Below, one piece after another: positions 10,386 to 21,126 of a stretch of 64,000 nucleotides of DNA; the stretch's first letter is position 1; every line of letters starts with the position of its first letter. The notes under the pieces were generated by a model that did not search any database, was not told the origin of the DNA, and saw only the letters and a program-made list of their open reading frames with translations. This DNA is from Sulfolobales archaeon (GTDB lineage: Archaea; Thermoproteota; Thermoprotei_A; Sulfolobales; AG1). Position numbers and translations under genes: made by a program. The stretch is taken from assembly GCA_038867615.1 (NCBI GenBank), contig JAWBYA010000001.1, positions 320,001 through 384,000 on the forward strand, in the 5' to 3' direction.

Positions 10386-11327
10386 CTAGAGGATCCGTTT
10401 GAGCTCTACGCTCACACCAGCATCGCTTAATATACTCTCAAGAATCTCTCTCAGCTTTCCCATCTCACTATCGCTAAGCCCCTTGATAGGTGGAACAGGA
10501 TTCCCTATACTCAGCCCTCTGAGCCTCAAGATCGCTTTAACTATAGATAAGCCCTCCACCTGGAACTCTCTGGCGAGACCCTTTATCCTCATAAGCAGCG
10601 ACTTATACTTGACAGCCTTCTCCATATCGCCCATCACTATGCTTTTATACATGAGATCACTGATCTCTGGAACTGCATTACATATACCACATATATGGGT
10701 GTCAGCCCTATATAGAAATGCTTCTAGCAATAAGGAATCACTAGCCGCAGCTATGTGGAGCTCTTTGCCGAACCCGGTTACAAGCTCCATGATCCTATCA
10801 GGCAATCCTGTGGAATCCTTTATACCGACTATATTGCTAACATCGGATAACATGCTCTTAAGCGTTGATGGCTGTATATCGACACCAACCCTGGCCGGGT
10901 TGTTATATATCATGATATTCACATCAAGACTCTCAAAGGCTTTATAATACCTTACTATTTCCCGAACCCCGGTCTTGTAATATAGGGGTGGGATTAGCGA
11001 TATATTCGCAACCCCTACGTCGAGGGAGTGTTTCGCTAGCTCTAAGCCCACCTCAAGGCTTGTTGAGGAGACATTGTTTATGATAACAGCCTTAGAGCCT
11101 GCATACTCTGCAACCTTCTCCACAAACCTTTTCCTCTTCTCATGGTGAAGGGATAAGCCCTCGCCATATGTTCCTAGGATGAAGAAGCCCACCACACCAT
11201 TTCCTAGCTGAAGGTCTATGAGCTCTCTCAAACCCTTCAGATCTAGATCACCGCTATCTGTAATAGGTGTTACAAGCGCTGTGACAATTCCTCTAAGGAG
11301 TCCTAGCCTATCCCTCCTAACCCCGAT
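10386..11327 (-). CDS. Dihydrodipicolinate synthase/KDG aldolase-like class I aldolase
   Basis: LRGIVTALVTP N-terminus (upstream of the ORF-track start), GTYGE, YNNP, GIKDS Schiff-base Lys; start proposed at ATC 11327. Confidence 0.85.
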   Translation of the reverse strand: MGVRRDRLGLLRGIVTALVTPITDSGDLDLKGLRELIDLQLGNGVVGFFILGTYGEGLSLHHEKRKRFVEKVAEYAGSKAVIINNVSSTSLEVGLELAKHSLDVGVANISLIPPLYYKTGVREIVRYYKAFESLDVNIMIYNNPARVGVDIQPSTLKSMLSDVSNIVGIKDSTGLPDRIMELVTGFGKELHIAAASDSLLLEAFLYRADTHICGICNAVPEISDLMYKSIVMGDMEKAVKYKSLLMRIKGLAREFQVEGLSIVKAILRLRGLSIGNPVPPIKGLSDSEMGKLREILESILSDAGVSVELKRIL

Positions 11328-11393
11328 GGCTAGCCACCTAGTATAAATGGAGAGGGGGTTTTAAAGCGGTCAATAGAATTAATTCTATATTTT

Positions 11394-12143
11394 CTATTTC
11401 CCGGCCCCTTGCTCGGTATAGTAGATGGTTTTGATCACGTCTGACACTATTTTTCTCAGGGCTTTTCTTATATGTATACTTATAGTAACCTTGGATCTAT
11501 CGAGCATAGAGCCTATATCGGTCTGCCTAGAGTTCTTGGGGTAGTTGAAATAACCACCCTCATAGGCTGTTTTAAGAACCTTCACCTCCTGCTCGGTAAG
11601 CCTGTCGGCTATAATGCTGAGGATAGAGCTTCCCAGGATGCTTTTTACAAGATCCTCGGGGTCTGATAGCTCGCGCCACGCAACATGCCCTATTCCGTAG
11701 TACTTCTCAACATTGTCGAGGTATCTATGGAGCATATCACGTCTACCGAGGACCAGATACTCCCTGGCACCCTTGTAAAAGATATATGGTGCTAGTAGAA
11801 CGACGCTGCTGTCTTCGATAAGTCCGAGGAACTCGCACCTGCTCTTCACACCATAGATCACCAGGATATCATCTATATAGCGATATCTAATCCTCTTGAT
11901 CTTGCTTCTCCTAACATACTTCTCACGTTTAACAATATCATCGATATACGCACCCACATCCTTCTCAGATGATAAGGCTAAGACGTAATAGTCGTCAGAA
12001 CCAAACACTCTATAGGTGCTTATAATAATTCTAGAATCGGAGAGCTCGCTTACCATTCCAAAGAAACTGTTATAGGGGCTGTTGATCTTCACCCTCACTA
12101 TACCTAGATCCTCTATATTAAGTCTAGGCCATGTGTTTTTCAA
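11394..12143 (-). CDS. HTH-10 (bacterio-opsin activator type) transcriptional regulator
   Basis: C-terminal LTEQEVKVLKTAYEGGYFNYPK...HIRKALRK. Confidence 0.85.
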   Translation of the reverse strand: MKNTWPRLNIEDLGIVRVKINSPYNSFFGMVSELSDSRIIISTYRVFGSDDYYVLALSSEKDVGAYIDDIVKREKYVRRSKIKRIRYRYIDDILVIYGVKSRCEFLGLIEDSSVVLLAPYIFYKGAREYLVLGRRDMLHRYLDNVEKYYGIGHVAWRELSDPEDLVKSILGSSILSIIADRLTEQEVKVLKTAYEGGYFNYPKNSRQTDIGSMLDRSKVTISIHIRKALRKIVSDVIKTIYYTEQGAGK

Positions 12144-12424
12144 GCCCGCCCCAAATATTTCTCCCTCTATGGTTTAAATATATCGCATTATCCGATCCAA
12201 TAAAACACAGTGTCATATTAATTAATATATGGTTATTATTTTTTAAATGATATTATAGATCCCATAATGGATCACAGATCCGTTGCTATGGAATCTTTTA
12301 GAGAGCACTGTTTTACAGCGATCCCTATCGATCACGTCCCCATGCTTGGCGAGTCGCGCTGCATATTATATTGGCTCAACTAATACAAACACTCTATATA
12401 AATAGTTTCGGCTCTTTGTTTTTA

Positions 12425-13573
12425 CTAGTAGTAATCGCCTAAGATCCATATGTTTCCTATATGGATGTTCCTCAAACCGCCTTCTTTAGCGGCTTTTATA
12501 GCTTCCCTCATATGCCTCCAGCTAGTTGGTGGTAGGTCTTTCATGAGATGGTCTGGGTGGAATGCTAGAAGCACTAGTGGGGTTTCGGGGTTTAGCCTTG
12601 CGATGTATTCAGCGATACTCCTCACCTCGGATGCATCGACATATCCTGGGACGAGTAGTATGCTTATAACGAGCAGTGGTACCTCGGGTCTCTCTCTCCC
12701 AAGCTCTGAGACTATCTTTGTATTCTCCATAAGCCTCTCAATAGCCTTGTTACCATCAACCCCTGTTAATGCCTCATATATGCTCGGGGTCCAGGCCTTC
12801 CAATCGATCTTTACAATACCTCCTGAGACTAGGCTCAGCCTAGCCATCTCCCTCATTAGCAGGGGGTTTGCAAGGCCGTCGGTCTCCCAGCAGATCCTCT
12901 TTATAACCCCCTTCTCCAGGGATTTCTTAACAATATCCCTTGACGCTGCTATGAGCATGGGTAGGTGGGGCGTTGGGTCTCCTCCGAAGTAGCATATACA
13001 GGAAACCCTAGGATCCATGGATCTCTCGACAAGGTCTCCGATGCCTAGATTTCTCACCAAGCTCTTATCAATCTTCCCACCAGCAATCGCTGTTTTATGC
13101 TCCCAATTCTGGCAGAACGAGCAGTCTAGAGGACAGCCTGCCATGAATACTGCGAGATTATAGTACCCAACCTCAATATTTGGTGAGTAAGCATATTTAG
13201 GATACCCAGCCCCCGTGGATCCAGGGCATATATGGCCTGCAACACAGTTCGTGGGTATAGGGTCTAGATATATGTGTGTCAGCATTCTCATCAAACCTGC
13301 TAGGGGGCTTATCCTCCCACCCATATTGACCCATATACCGCAGAACCCCCTCTCCCCATCCCCCATAACACATTCATTGATACAGATACTGCACCGCAAA
13401 CCCCCCTCGGATCTTGGGGGCTTGGGGGGGAAGTCTATAGAGGATCTCCACCTACTCCTAAGACTCCTCACAATGCCTAAAGACTCCTCAGGATTTCTCC
13501 TGAGACAATCTATACAGACACCTACAGCCCTTGATACAAGCCCTTCTCTATTGCAGAGAAGACACTTGCCCAT
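12425..13573 (-). CDS. Radical SAM protein, PFL-activating enzyme-like archaeal family
   Basis: CPLDCSFC CxxxCxxC, YFGGDP, N-terminal CxxC pairs. Confidence 0.85.
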   Translation of the reverse strand: MGKCLLCNREGLVSRAVGVCIDCLRRNPEESLGIVRSLRSRWRSSIDFPPKPPRSEGGLRCSICINECVMGDGERGFCGIWVNMGGRISPLAGLMRMLTHIYLDPIPTNCVAGHICPGSTGAGYPKYAYSPNIEVGYYNLAVFMAGCPLDCSFCQNWEHKTAIAGGKIDKSLVRNLGIGDLVERSMDPRVSCICYFGGDPTPHLPMLIAASRDIVKKSLEKGVIKRICWETDGLANPLLMREMARLSLVSGGIVKIDWKAWTPSIYEALTGVDGNKAIERLMENTKIVSELGRERPEVPLLVISILLVPGYVDASEVRSIAEYIARLNPETPLVLLAFHPDHLMKDLPPTSWRHMREAIKAAKEGGLRNIHIGNIWILGDYY

Positions 13574-13782
13574 AGCCTCTCAATTTTATAGATCCCCCCA
13601 GAAGATAATTAGATGTTATCCAAATACTCAGCATATCACCTAAACCAAGATCTCTTTGCCTTTTTGTAAAGGTTAGCACAGGCATGTTGGGTTTCTCAAA
13701 GGAGCGTGTAGGGGCTTTACACTGGTTTTAAGGTTTTTCATAGCCTAAAAATGAGGTTTATACTAAGGGCTAGGATTGTTGT

Positions 13783-14577
13783 CTAGATATGAGGGTTATT
13801 AAAAAGATCCGCGACTGCTAGTGATCTGCTTGGAGAGGGAGAGGATAGCATGTGATTGATAACTGTTGCCACGAACTCCCTGAATGTGCTGCTATTATGT
13901 ATGATTAATCTGAAACCCTTATCCTGGCACTGTAGGAGGGGTTCTGCAATTCTATCTGTCATTATATGGATCTCAATACCATTGTTCCTGGATATACCCT
14001 CTACCCCGCATAGGATCTTTGAGACTGTTTGTGACGCTACCATAACCCTCTTTATCCCCTTTTTTAGCATGTTCTCTAAAGCCATGACGCCTTCTCTGCT
14101 TATCCTGAGCTCGTATACCTCGATCCTTCGCACCCTCTCGGCATAGATCTCTTCAGGGATCTCGAGCCTGTCTGAGCTGAAAACAACTATCTCTCCCTTT
14201 CTATAGATCTCGCTGAGGATCTTGAGGAGAGTCTCTACCCTCTCTATAGGTGGTGAGAAGGCCTTGTAGCCGTGGTTTAAAAGTATAGATGCAGTACCCT
14301 CCCCGGTTGCTGCGATCATTACTCCTAGTTCGCGGAGCTTCTCAAGAAGATCCCTGCCTCTATGTGATGACATGAAGATCTTTGCTGAGCTCTTGCTCGA
14401 GAAGATCGCTGAAGATATGTTCATGGGATCTAGCGATGAGATCCTTTGATCGAGATCCTCGATAGGTGTTGGGACTATCACCTCGGCTAGGTGGAGGGAT
14501 ATGCCTTTAGATTCGAAGAAAGATCTCCATCTCTCCCAAGTATCCCTCGTACCAGCGAATACTATATCTTTTCCCAC
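13783..14577 (-). CDS. hemD: Probable uroporphyrinogen-III synthase
   Basis: IFSSKSS, ATGEGTA..L..HG, IEVYE motifs; last gene of the heme operon. Confidence 0.65.
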   Translation of the reverse strand: MGKDIVFAGTRDTWERWRSFFESKGISLHLAEVIVPTPIEDLDQRISSLDPMNISSAIFSSKSSAKIFMSSHRGRDLLEKLRELGVMIAATGEGTASILLNHGYKAFSPPIERVETLLKILSEIYRKGEIVVFSSDRLEIPEEIYAERVRRIEVYELRISREGVMALENMLKKGIKRVMVASQTVSKILCGVEGISRNNGIEIHIMTDRIAEPLLQCQDKGFRLIIHNSSTFREFVATVINHMLSSPSPSRSLAVADLFNNPHI

Positions 14578-15536
14578 CTTTTCTCAGCCTCTCTATAGAG
14601 CTCTTCTATCTTGACAGCAATCGATCTATCCATGGGGGTTTTATCAGAAGCCCTGGCATATTCCTCCAACTCCTCCTCGGAAGTCGCTATAACGATCACT
14701 GAGGATGCCTGGATGCTTGAGAATATGAATCTGATCGCGTTCTGGGCCTCTGTAAAACCATCAACCAATAAATATGGCTTCATAAGCTCGTAGAGCTGGA
14801 ATGCTTTCCCAAACCACTCCCTATCCCTCAGGCTCCTATGATCCCTCAGCCTCTCTACATCGGCTATCGTGAGCCTACCGCCCAGAATACCGCCAGCGTG
14901 GGGAACCCTCACAAGGATACCAACATTCTTTTCACTAGCAATAGCGGCTATCTCCTTACCGGGTCTCTGCTCAAGTGCGTTATAGATGAACTGGATCACC
15001 TTAACCTCTCTGTGGGATAAGGCTTCGAGCGCCTCTCTAGCCACGTCTCTCTCTGGACCAAGGGCTACGCCCACGTGGAGGGCTAGGCCTTCCTCAACAA
15101 GTCTAGCCATAGTTCTATACAGCTCAGGGCTTCTCAATGCTTCGAGGGGCGGGTTATGGATCTGTATTATATCTATAGGCTTCTTACCAACCCTCTCGCA
15201 GGATTTTCTCGCAGCGAAGAGGAGGTACTCGGGATCATATCTCCTCAGGAACTTCTCGCCGGGTGAGTAGATGTCATAACCGATCTTAGTGGCTATAATG
15301 ATATCCTTTACACCTGGCCCGAAGGCTTTCTGCAGTATAGATTCTCCATAGCCCTTGCCGTAGACATCTGCTGTATCGAATAGATTGATCCCGAGATCCA
15401 GGGCTCTTCTAAGGATCCTAATGGCTTTATCGAGATCAACATCTCCATAGAGTCCTGTGAGGCTGTATACGCCGTAGGAGATCTCTGATACCTCTAATCC
15501 CGTGTTCCCTAGCCTCCTATACCTCATAGGAATCAC
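14562..15536 (-). CDS. Aldo/keto reductase
   Basis: YRRLGNTGLEVSEI, FDTADVYG, IATK, IHNP. Confidence 0.9.
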   Translation of the reverse strand: MIPMRYRRLGNTGLEVSEISYGVYSLTGLYGDVDLDKAIRILRRALDLGINLFDTADVYGKGYGESILQKAFGPGVKDIIIATKIGYDIYSPGEKFLRRYDPEYLLFAARKSCERVGKKPIDIIQIHNPPLEALRSPELYRTMARLVEEGLALHVGVALGPERDVAREALEALSHREVKVIQFIYNALEQRPGKEIAAIASEKNVGILVRVPHAGGILGGRLTIADVERLRDHRSLRDREWFGKAFQLYELMKPYLLVDGFTEAQNAIRFIFSSIQASSVIVIATSEEELEEYARASDKTPMDRSIAVKIEELYREAEKRWEKI

Positions 15537-16510
15537 TCGTTCGAATGGGTCCCTGGCTTTAGGTTCTCGACACTGTAGAGGATCCTGTAATCCTTATCCC
15601 CAATGATCCTTGAGGCTTTCTTTGCAACACCCTCTATCTTCTCCTCATCATCAGCGTGGGCCATGAAATAGGCCCTATGTTCCCACTCACCATTCAGGGG
15701 TACTCTATAGACGACATGGGTTGCCTCAGGTATCTCGTGGGCTATTCTCAGGCAATCCTCCTCAGACCCTTTGAGAACAACCATCCCATCCCTCACTATA
15801 CCAACCCTGCTACCCTCGAGGGTGGCTCCTATGTTTCTAAGAACCCTCTTCTTATAGAGCTCCCTTATCAATCCAACCAGCTCCTCCTCTTTATAACCAT
15901 ATTTAGCCGCAACCTCTCTATACGGTCTCTCGGTAACAGGTATCCATCTAGCGAGCTCTGAGAAGGGCTCTTTTCTCAAGCCAAGCTCCTCGAATGTAGG
16001 GATCTTCTCGGGGAGAACCTCTGGCTCTGACCACGAGACCCCTTTGTAGAGGTCGAACTTAACCGAGAGCTTATATGTTCTCTTGCCAAGGAGGACTAGG
16101 TATTCTTTGGAGCCCACGGTCTTTGCGATCTCTTCAACGCTTGCCATTAGATCCTCGATGCTTTTTCTCTTGATAACAAACCATATGTTATATACCTCGT
16201 GGTTTCTCACATAGTTATGGGTAACCTCGGGATCTTTCAGCAAGATCTTCCTAAGAGTCTCCTTAGCATCTGGATCCAGGATCTTTATGGCAACAAGAGC
16301 CGCCACCTTACCCGAAGCCTTGTAGTTTATGTTAAATCCTATCCTCTTTATCGTGAGATTAGACCTCAGAGCGTCGATCCTCTTCTTGAGATCCCCGAAG
16401 CCTATCCCAAGCCTCTCAGCGATCTCGGTATAGGGGGTTTCTGTTAATGGGAATCTGTATTGAAGCTCCATCAAGATCTTCTTATCAAGATCGCTTACCA
16501 TAGATCTCAC
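15533..16510 (-). CDS. Fused siroheme decarboxylase AhbA/AhbB (NirDL-like)
   Basis: Two Lrp/AsnC-like repeats, FPLTETPY, THNYVR, YNIWF, THVVYR, MAHA; heme operon context. Confidence 0.85.
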   Translation of the reverse strand: MRSMVSDLDKKILMELQYRFPLTETPYTEIAERLGIGFGDLKKRIDALRSNLTIKRIGFNINYKASGKVAALVAIKILDPDAKETLRKILLKDPEVTHNYVRNHEVYNIWFVIKRKSIEDLMASVEEIAKTVGSKEYLVLLGKRTYKLSVKFDLYKGVSWSEPEVLPEKIPTFEELGLRKEPFSELARWIPVTERPYREVAAKYGYKEEELVGLIRELYKKRVLRNIGATLEGSRVGIVRDGMVVLKGSEEDCLRIAHEIPEATHVVYRVPLNGEWEHRAYFMAHADDEEKIEGVAKKASRIIGDKDYRILYSVENLKPGTHSNE

Positions 16511-17715
16511 CCACCTGTAAAAGATCTTCTGGCTATCCGATCCTCAACAAGGGATGCTAAGGCGCCGAGGGCCTTGTTTAGGATCGAGCTGGTAACGAGA
16601 TCTAGAACCTCCCTCTGCCTCTGATCAAGCTTAAAGGCTGAGACAGCCCTCTCCACCTCCCCCCTCCTTATGTTCTCCAGAAGCCTGGCGTAGTTATCAA
16701 GCCCAAGCCTTATGTTCTCCAGAACAAGCCTGGCTTCAAGCCTCCTGAGGTGGGGCTGGATAATTTTATCAAGATCCTCGAGCCTCTCATAGAGATCCGG
16801 CAGAATCTTTCTCGAGAAAACCTCCAGATCCTCTAGCCATATATACCTATCACCAAGAAGGTCTCTTGCGCCTGGATCTACATTCCTCGGGTTACCGAGA
16901 TCTATAAATATCACGTCCTTACTCGCCTCTATATCCTCTATACCAACTACAGGGTCTCTGGCTGATGTTGCTAGGAACACAAGATCGCTTCCATTGGTCG
17001 CCTTGGAGGTCTCATTGATCAAATATGCTTTTCCGCTTGGGAAGATCCTGGCTATTGCTTCTGCGCTTTGATAAGATCTCCCGGCTATCGAGGCGGTGCT
17101 GACCCCCTCGTTTCTCAACATGTTTGCGATCCTTCTAGCAACCTCCCCTGTACCAATGATAGCAGCCTTTTTACTAGAGAGACTACCAAGGATATCCCTA
17201 GCAGCCATTACAGCGACCTCCGGAATCCCTATGGAGCCGTCGATGGCAAGGGATCTTCTAATATCGATCGAAGCCTCTATAGCATCTCTAAAGACGGCGT
17301 TGAGATGCTTATCCAAAGACCCCTCTGAGAGTGCTTTTGATATAGAGACCCTGGCCTGGTTTACTATGTCGATCTCGAAGGGTGCTAGGGACTCGGCTCC
17401 TGAGAGTACTTTGAGCATGTGGTTCAAAAGATCTCTATCGCTATAGATCTTAGGATCTATCGATGCGAGATCCCTAATACCTCTTCGAAGATCTATTAAT
17501 AGATCGTCGAGTCTTTCTTCAGAACCGCTCAAATAGATCTCGTATCTGCTGCAGGTTTCGAGGATAAGATAACCAAAGCCCGGGGAGCCTGATCTCTCCC
17601 TCTTCAAGAGGCCGAGGATCTTGGTATCGGTTCTCTTAACACTCTCAACATCTTGGTATCCATGCTCTTTATTATTGATCGCTATTGCGGCAACCCTTAG
17701 ATCCATGTGCCTCAC
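16507..17715 (-). CDS. hemA: Glutamyl-tRNA reductase
   Basis: ETCSRYEIY (TCxR), GAES...E.DI..Q, IIGTGEVA, IDLGNPRNVD. Confidence 0.85.
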   Translation of the reverse strand: MRHMDLRVAAIAINNKEHGYQDVESVKRTDTKILGLLKRERSGSPGFGYLILETCSRYEIYLSGSEERLDDLLIDLRRGIRDLASIDPKIYSDRDLLNHMLKVLSGAESLAPFEIDIVNQARVSISKALSEGSLDKHLNAVFRDAIEASIDIRRSLAIDGSIGIPEVAVMAARDILGSLSSKKAAIIGTGEVARRIANMLRNEGVSTASIAGRSYQSAEAIARIFPSGKAYLINETSKATNGSDLVFLATSARDPVVGIEDIEASKDVIFIDLGNPRNVDPGARDLLGDRYIWLEDLEVFSRKILPDLYERLEDLDKIIQPHLRRLEARLVLENIRLGLDNYARLLENIRRGEVERAVSAFKLDQRQREVLDLVTSSILNKALGALASLVEDRIARRSFTGG

Positions 17716-18395
17716 CCAGGCCCCAGATCTAGTCCTGTTTTTGTACGCACGATCTCACAGAGCCTGGCCCAGGCGCCCTCCTCATCCCCCTTGAGAGCCA
17801 TTACCCTGAAGATCTGGTCTTTGAATACTTCCCTGTGGATCTCGATCCTGGTGTCAGCAGGTAAACCCTTCTCTCTCAAAGCGGATTTCATTTTGTAGAG
17901 GAGTTTGAGCATTATGTGAAGATCCTTCTGGCTGTCGAGGAACTTAGCAATCCTATCCCTAGCCTCCATAGACACTAGCGAGCTCTTGCCATCCGTATAT
18001 ATTGCGAACCTTATATCACCAGAAGATCCCTCGATCCCCATGCCGCACTGTGTTCTCCTAGCATCTCCAGCCAATATATATAGCTTTCTATACCTTCTAG
18101 CAAGATCTATCACCACACTATCGATCTCACGCTCATCGTTGAGGGCCGAGATCACTATGTCGGAGTCTCTTACAAGCTTCTCAAGCAGACCACGATCCCT
18201 AGCATCGCCTCTAAGGAGCTTTAGAGACTTATTGCTCCTCCCAAGAGCAATGATCTCTGGGGAGAATTCGAGCGAGAGCACAGTAACCTCAGCACCAGCA
18301 TCGAGAAACCTCTTAGACTTCTTATACCCCTCCTCACCCCCGCCTATGACAAGAACCCTCATACCCTCGACATCGACGAAAATAGGGAGTTTCAA
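17712..18395 (-). CDS. Precorrin-2 dehydrogenase/sirohydrochlorin ferrochelatase (SirC/CysG N-domain)
   Basis: LPIFVD...VLVIGGG, AIYTDGKS. Confidence 0.88.
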   Translation of the reverse strand: MKLPIFVDVEGMRVLVIGGGEEGYKKSKRFLDAGAEVTVLSLEFSPEIIALGRSNKSLKLLRGDARDRGLLEKLVRDSDIVISALNDEREIDSVVIDLARRYRKLYILAGDARRTQCGMGIEGSSGDIRFAIYTDGKSSLVSMEARDRIAKFLDSQKDLHIMLKLLYKMKSALREKGLPADTRIEIHREVFKDQIFRVMALKGDEEGAWARLCEIVRTKTGLDLGPG

Positions 18396-18727
18396 ACACC
18401 CACCGCGATCGATGCTATAGGTGCTTTAAAAAGATAGTGTAACGAGCTGTGGTTACACTTTGGGAAGGAGCAAGGCTTTTATACGATATACACTGCGAAA
18501 GACATTTCTGCTAATAGTGACAAGGATCTAGTGGGAGAGATTATAACACTCATTAAGATTTATCGAGATTTATAATGGAACCTGGGCGGTTTATCATGGC
18601 TTAACAGTGGTTCGTATGCCTTACGGTGTGGAGAGCCCTTATAGGCTGTGCATAAGTCCTGGGTGTAGGGAAAGGGTTTTGCGGCGATGTGCTCATAAGC
18701 CTTATGGGGATCTATTGTGTGGTTGGT

Positions 18728-19039
18728 ATGAAGCGGCTGGTTTTTAGGCTCAGCTATGCTGAGGGTATTCTTAAGGGTGAGAAGAAATCCACTATTAGGC
18801 TTAGATCGAACTATAGTGTTGGTGAGATAGTAGAGATCTATCTGGGTAGTGCGAGGGTTGGGAGGGCTATTATTAAGAGGATTGAGAAGAAGAGGCTCTC
18901 AGAGATCGATGATCAGGATGCTAGGATCGATGGTTTTAGGGATAGGACCGAGCTTCTCAAGGAGCTTAACAGGATCTATGGTAAGAAGATCCTGAGCAAG
19001 AACCCGGAGGTATATATTATCCATTTTGAACTCTTGTAA
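18728..19039 (+). CDS. ASCH domain protein
   Basis: ILKGEKKSTIR, DARIDGF, VYIIHFE. Confidence 0.85.
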   Translation: MKRLVFRLSYAEGILKGEKKSTIRLRSNYSVGEIVEIYLGSARVGRAIIKRIEKKRLSEIDDQDARIDGFRDRTELLKELNRIYGKKILSKNPEVYIIHFELL

Positions 19040-19053
19040 AGACGGTATCTATA

Positions 19054-19929
19054 TTGCTCGACATAGCCCTAGCTATCTTGGCATCAGCCCTCATAGCGTA
19101 TAACAACTCCGTGATAGTAGCTGGGCCCATGATATCTATTGGTGTTAGAAGAATATTTGCAAGGCTCGCCTCAGGCTTTTCAATAGCCTTGGGAGCCCTG
19201 ATCCTGGGATCCGCTATGAGGAGCTCCATAGCATGTGGTTCTGAGGCGGCTATCGAAGCCTATATCTCTGTAATACTCCCAACACTCCTATCAACGTATT
19301 TTTCAATACCATTCTCAGCATCGATAGGCCTTATAGGGGCTAGTATTGGTGAGGGGCTCTCCAAGGGGGCTCTGGATCCCTTATGGCTGGCCCAGGTCTC
19401 GTTATTATGGCTCCTCTCAGGGGTTTTTCTAATCATGATCAGCCTATCACTATACATAGCCCTTAGGAGGATCTTATCGCTACTCCAGGGCCAAATCTGG
19501 ATCCTGGGGTTCTCAAGGATCATCACCACAGTTATATCGATATTATCAGGAATCCTATTAGGTGCAAACACGCTGGGTTTCCTTAGCAGCCTAGAGTGCC
19601 ACAGACTATTACTCCCAATAGCCATTGGAGGATTAGTAGCAGCAATACCATCGCCAGCCCTCCTCGAAGGTGTTTTCAGATGGTTCTCCGTGAGGCATCT
19701 ATCTATAACATCAATAGGTCTCTCAATCGTGCTGGCAATATCTATAGCAACATACCTAGGACTACCCCTCTCACACACATACGCCTTGGTATTCTCACTC
19801 ATAGGCTACTCAATAGCTTCCGGGGTAAGCATGTTCTCAAGAAGATCTATCCTGAGGCTTGCCAGAACATGGATATACTCCCTAGCAGTAGGTATAGGGG
19901 TTACATTCATACTCGCACTTATAACCTAA
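19054..19929 (+). CDS. Divergent inorganic phosphate transporter (PiT)-like membrane protein
   Basis: AYNN, PFSAS, GANT, GLPLSHTY repeats resembling PiT signatures. Confidence 0.6.
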   Translation: MLDIALAILASALIAYNNSVIVAGPMISIGVRRIFARLASGFSIALGALILGSAMRSSIACGSEAAIEAYISVILPTLLSTYFSIPFSASIGLIGASIGEGLSKGALDPLWLAQVSLLWLLSGVFLIMISLSLYIALRRILSLLQGQIWILGFSRIITTVISILSGILLGANTLGFLSSLECHRLLLPIAIGGLVAAIPSPALLEGVFRWFSVRHLSITSIGLSIVLAISIATYLGLPLSHTYALVFSLIGYSIASGVSMFSRRSILRLARTWIYSLAVGIGVTFILALIT

Positions 19930-20033
19930 CATAGAGCCCATGGCGAGCTCCAGACTTCATAGAAGCTAGCTCGGTATTAGCAGCTCATCCATCATCCTCG
20001 ATCTCGGGTCATCTTCGCTTAATTATCAGGACT

Positions 20034-21005
20034 TTACTCACGGTTAACCGGATATAGTGGTTTGTCTCCTCTAAGCACTCTTATAATCTCTTCAGCAGCT
20101 GTTACGGCGAGCTTTCTAGAAGTCTCTGCAGTGTAGCTAGCTGCATGTGGTGTTAGGATCACGTTGTCGAGCCTTGTCAGCTCATTATCGGGGGGTAAGG
20201 GTTCCTCCTCGAATACGTCTAGTGCTGCTCCTGCTATCCAGCCTTCTTTAAGGGCTCTTACTAGGGCTTTTGTATTTATCACAGCTCCTCTTGATGTGTT
20301 GACCAGATATGCTGTGGGTTTCATGAGCCTTAGCTCTTCCTCGTCTATCATGTACCTTGTCTCTTCTGTGAGTGGTGTGTGTATTGATACGAAGTCGGAT
20401 TCTCTTAAGAGATCCTCTAGGTTTTTGAACTCGATCCCGAGCTGCTCCTCAAGATCTTTTCTCCTAACTATATCATAGTACAGGATCTTCATGCCAAGGC
20501 ATCTCGCTCTCAAAGCAACCTCCCTCCCAACCCTCCCTAAACCAATGATCCCGAGCACTTTGCCCCAGAGATCAACCCCCATTAGGTTTTGAGGAGTCCC
20601 CAGAGATCTATACCATAACCCGCTCCTCGCATGCCTATCGAGAAGCGGGATCTTTCTCGCCAGCGAGAAGATCAAAGCAAGGGTATGCTCAGCAACAGCC
20701 ACAGAGTTCACCGGAGCTATTGTTACCCAGATCCCGCGGCGGGTTGCGGCCCTAACATCAACATTATCATAACCAACACCTACTCTAGCTATTATCCTCA
20801 GCCTCGGCGCGTTCTCAATAACCCTCTCAGTCACAGGCTCAACGCTCTTCACAACCATGAGGGCGTCGGCATCCCTAGCTAGTTCTACTAGCTCCTCCTC
20901 CGATGTGATCAGTCTTTTTGATATAACCACCTCGCCAACCTCTTCAAGGATCTTGATAGCTTCTGGGTGCGTGTTATATGTAACCACTATTCTATGCCTC
21001 TCCAC
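20034..21005 (-). CDS. D-2-hydroxyacid dehydrogenase (glyoxylate reductase-like)
   Basis: GVGYDNVD, GLGRVG, NTSRG, ALDVFEEEP, TPH. Confidence 0.92.
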   Translation of the reverse strand: MERHRIVVTYNTHPEAIKILEEVGEVVISKRLITSEEELVELARDADALMVVKSVEPVTERVIENAPRLRIIARVGVGYDNVDVRAATRRGIWVTIAPVNSVAVAEHTLALIFSLARKIPLLDRHARSGLWYRSLGTPQNLMGVDLWGKVLGIIGLGRVGREVALRARCLGMKILYYDIVRRKDLEEQLGIEFKNLEDLLRESDFVSIHTPLTEETRYMIDEEELRLMKPTAYLVNTSRGAVINTKALVRALKEGWIAGAALDVFEEEPLPPDNELTRLDNVILTPHAASYTAETSRKLAVTAAEEIIRVLRGDKPLYPVNRE

Positions 21006-21126
21006 GTGGTTTCCCGAAGAGAATACCCTCAGCTCTCCTTTTAACTCATAGCGCGTGGATATAATGTTCTTACTCTTGCTCGGAAATAGCTTTAAGACCC
21101 TTATCATGATTATCACGGGGAATGGG

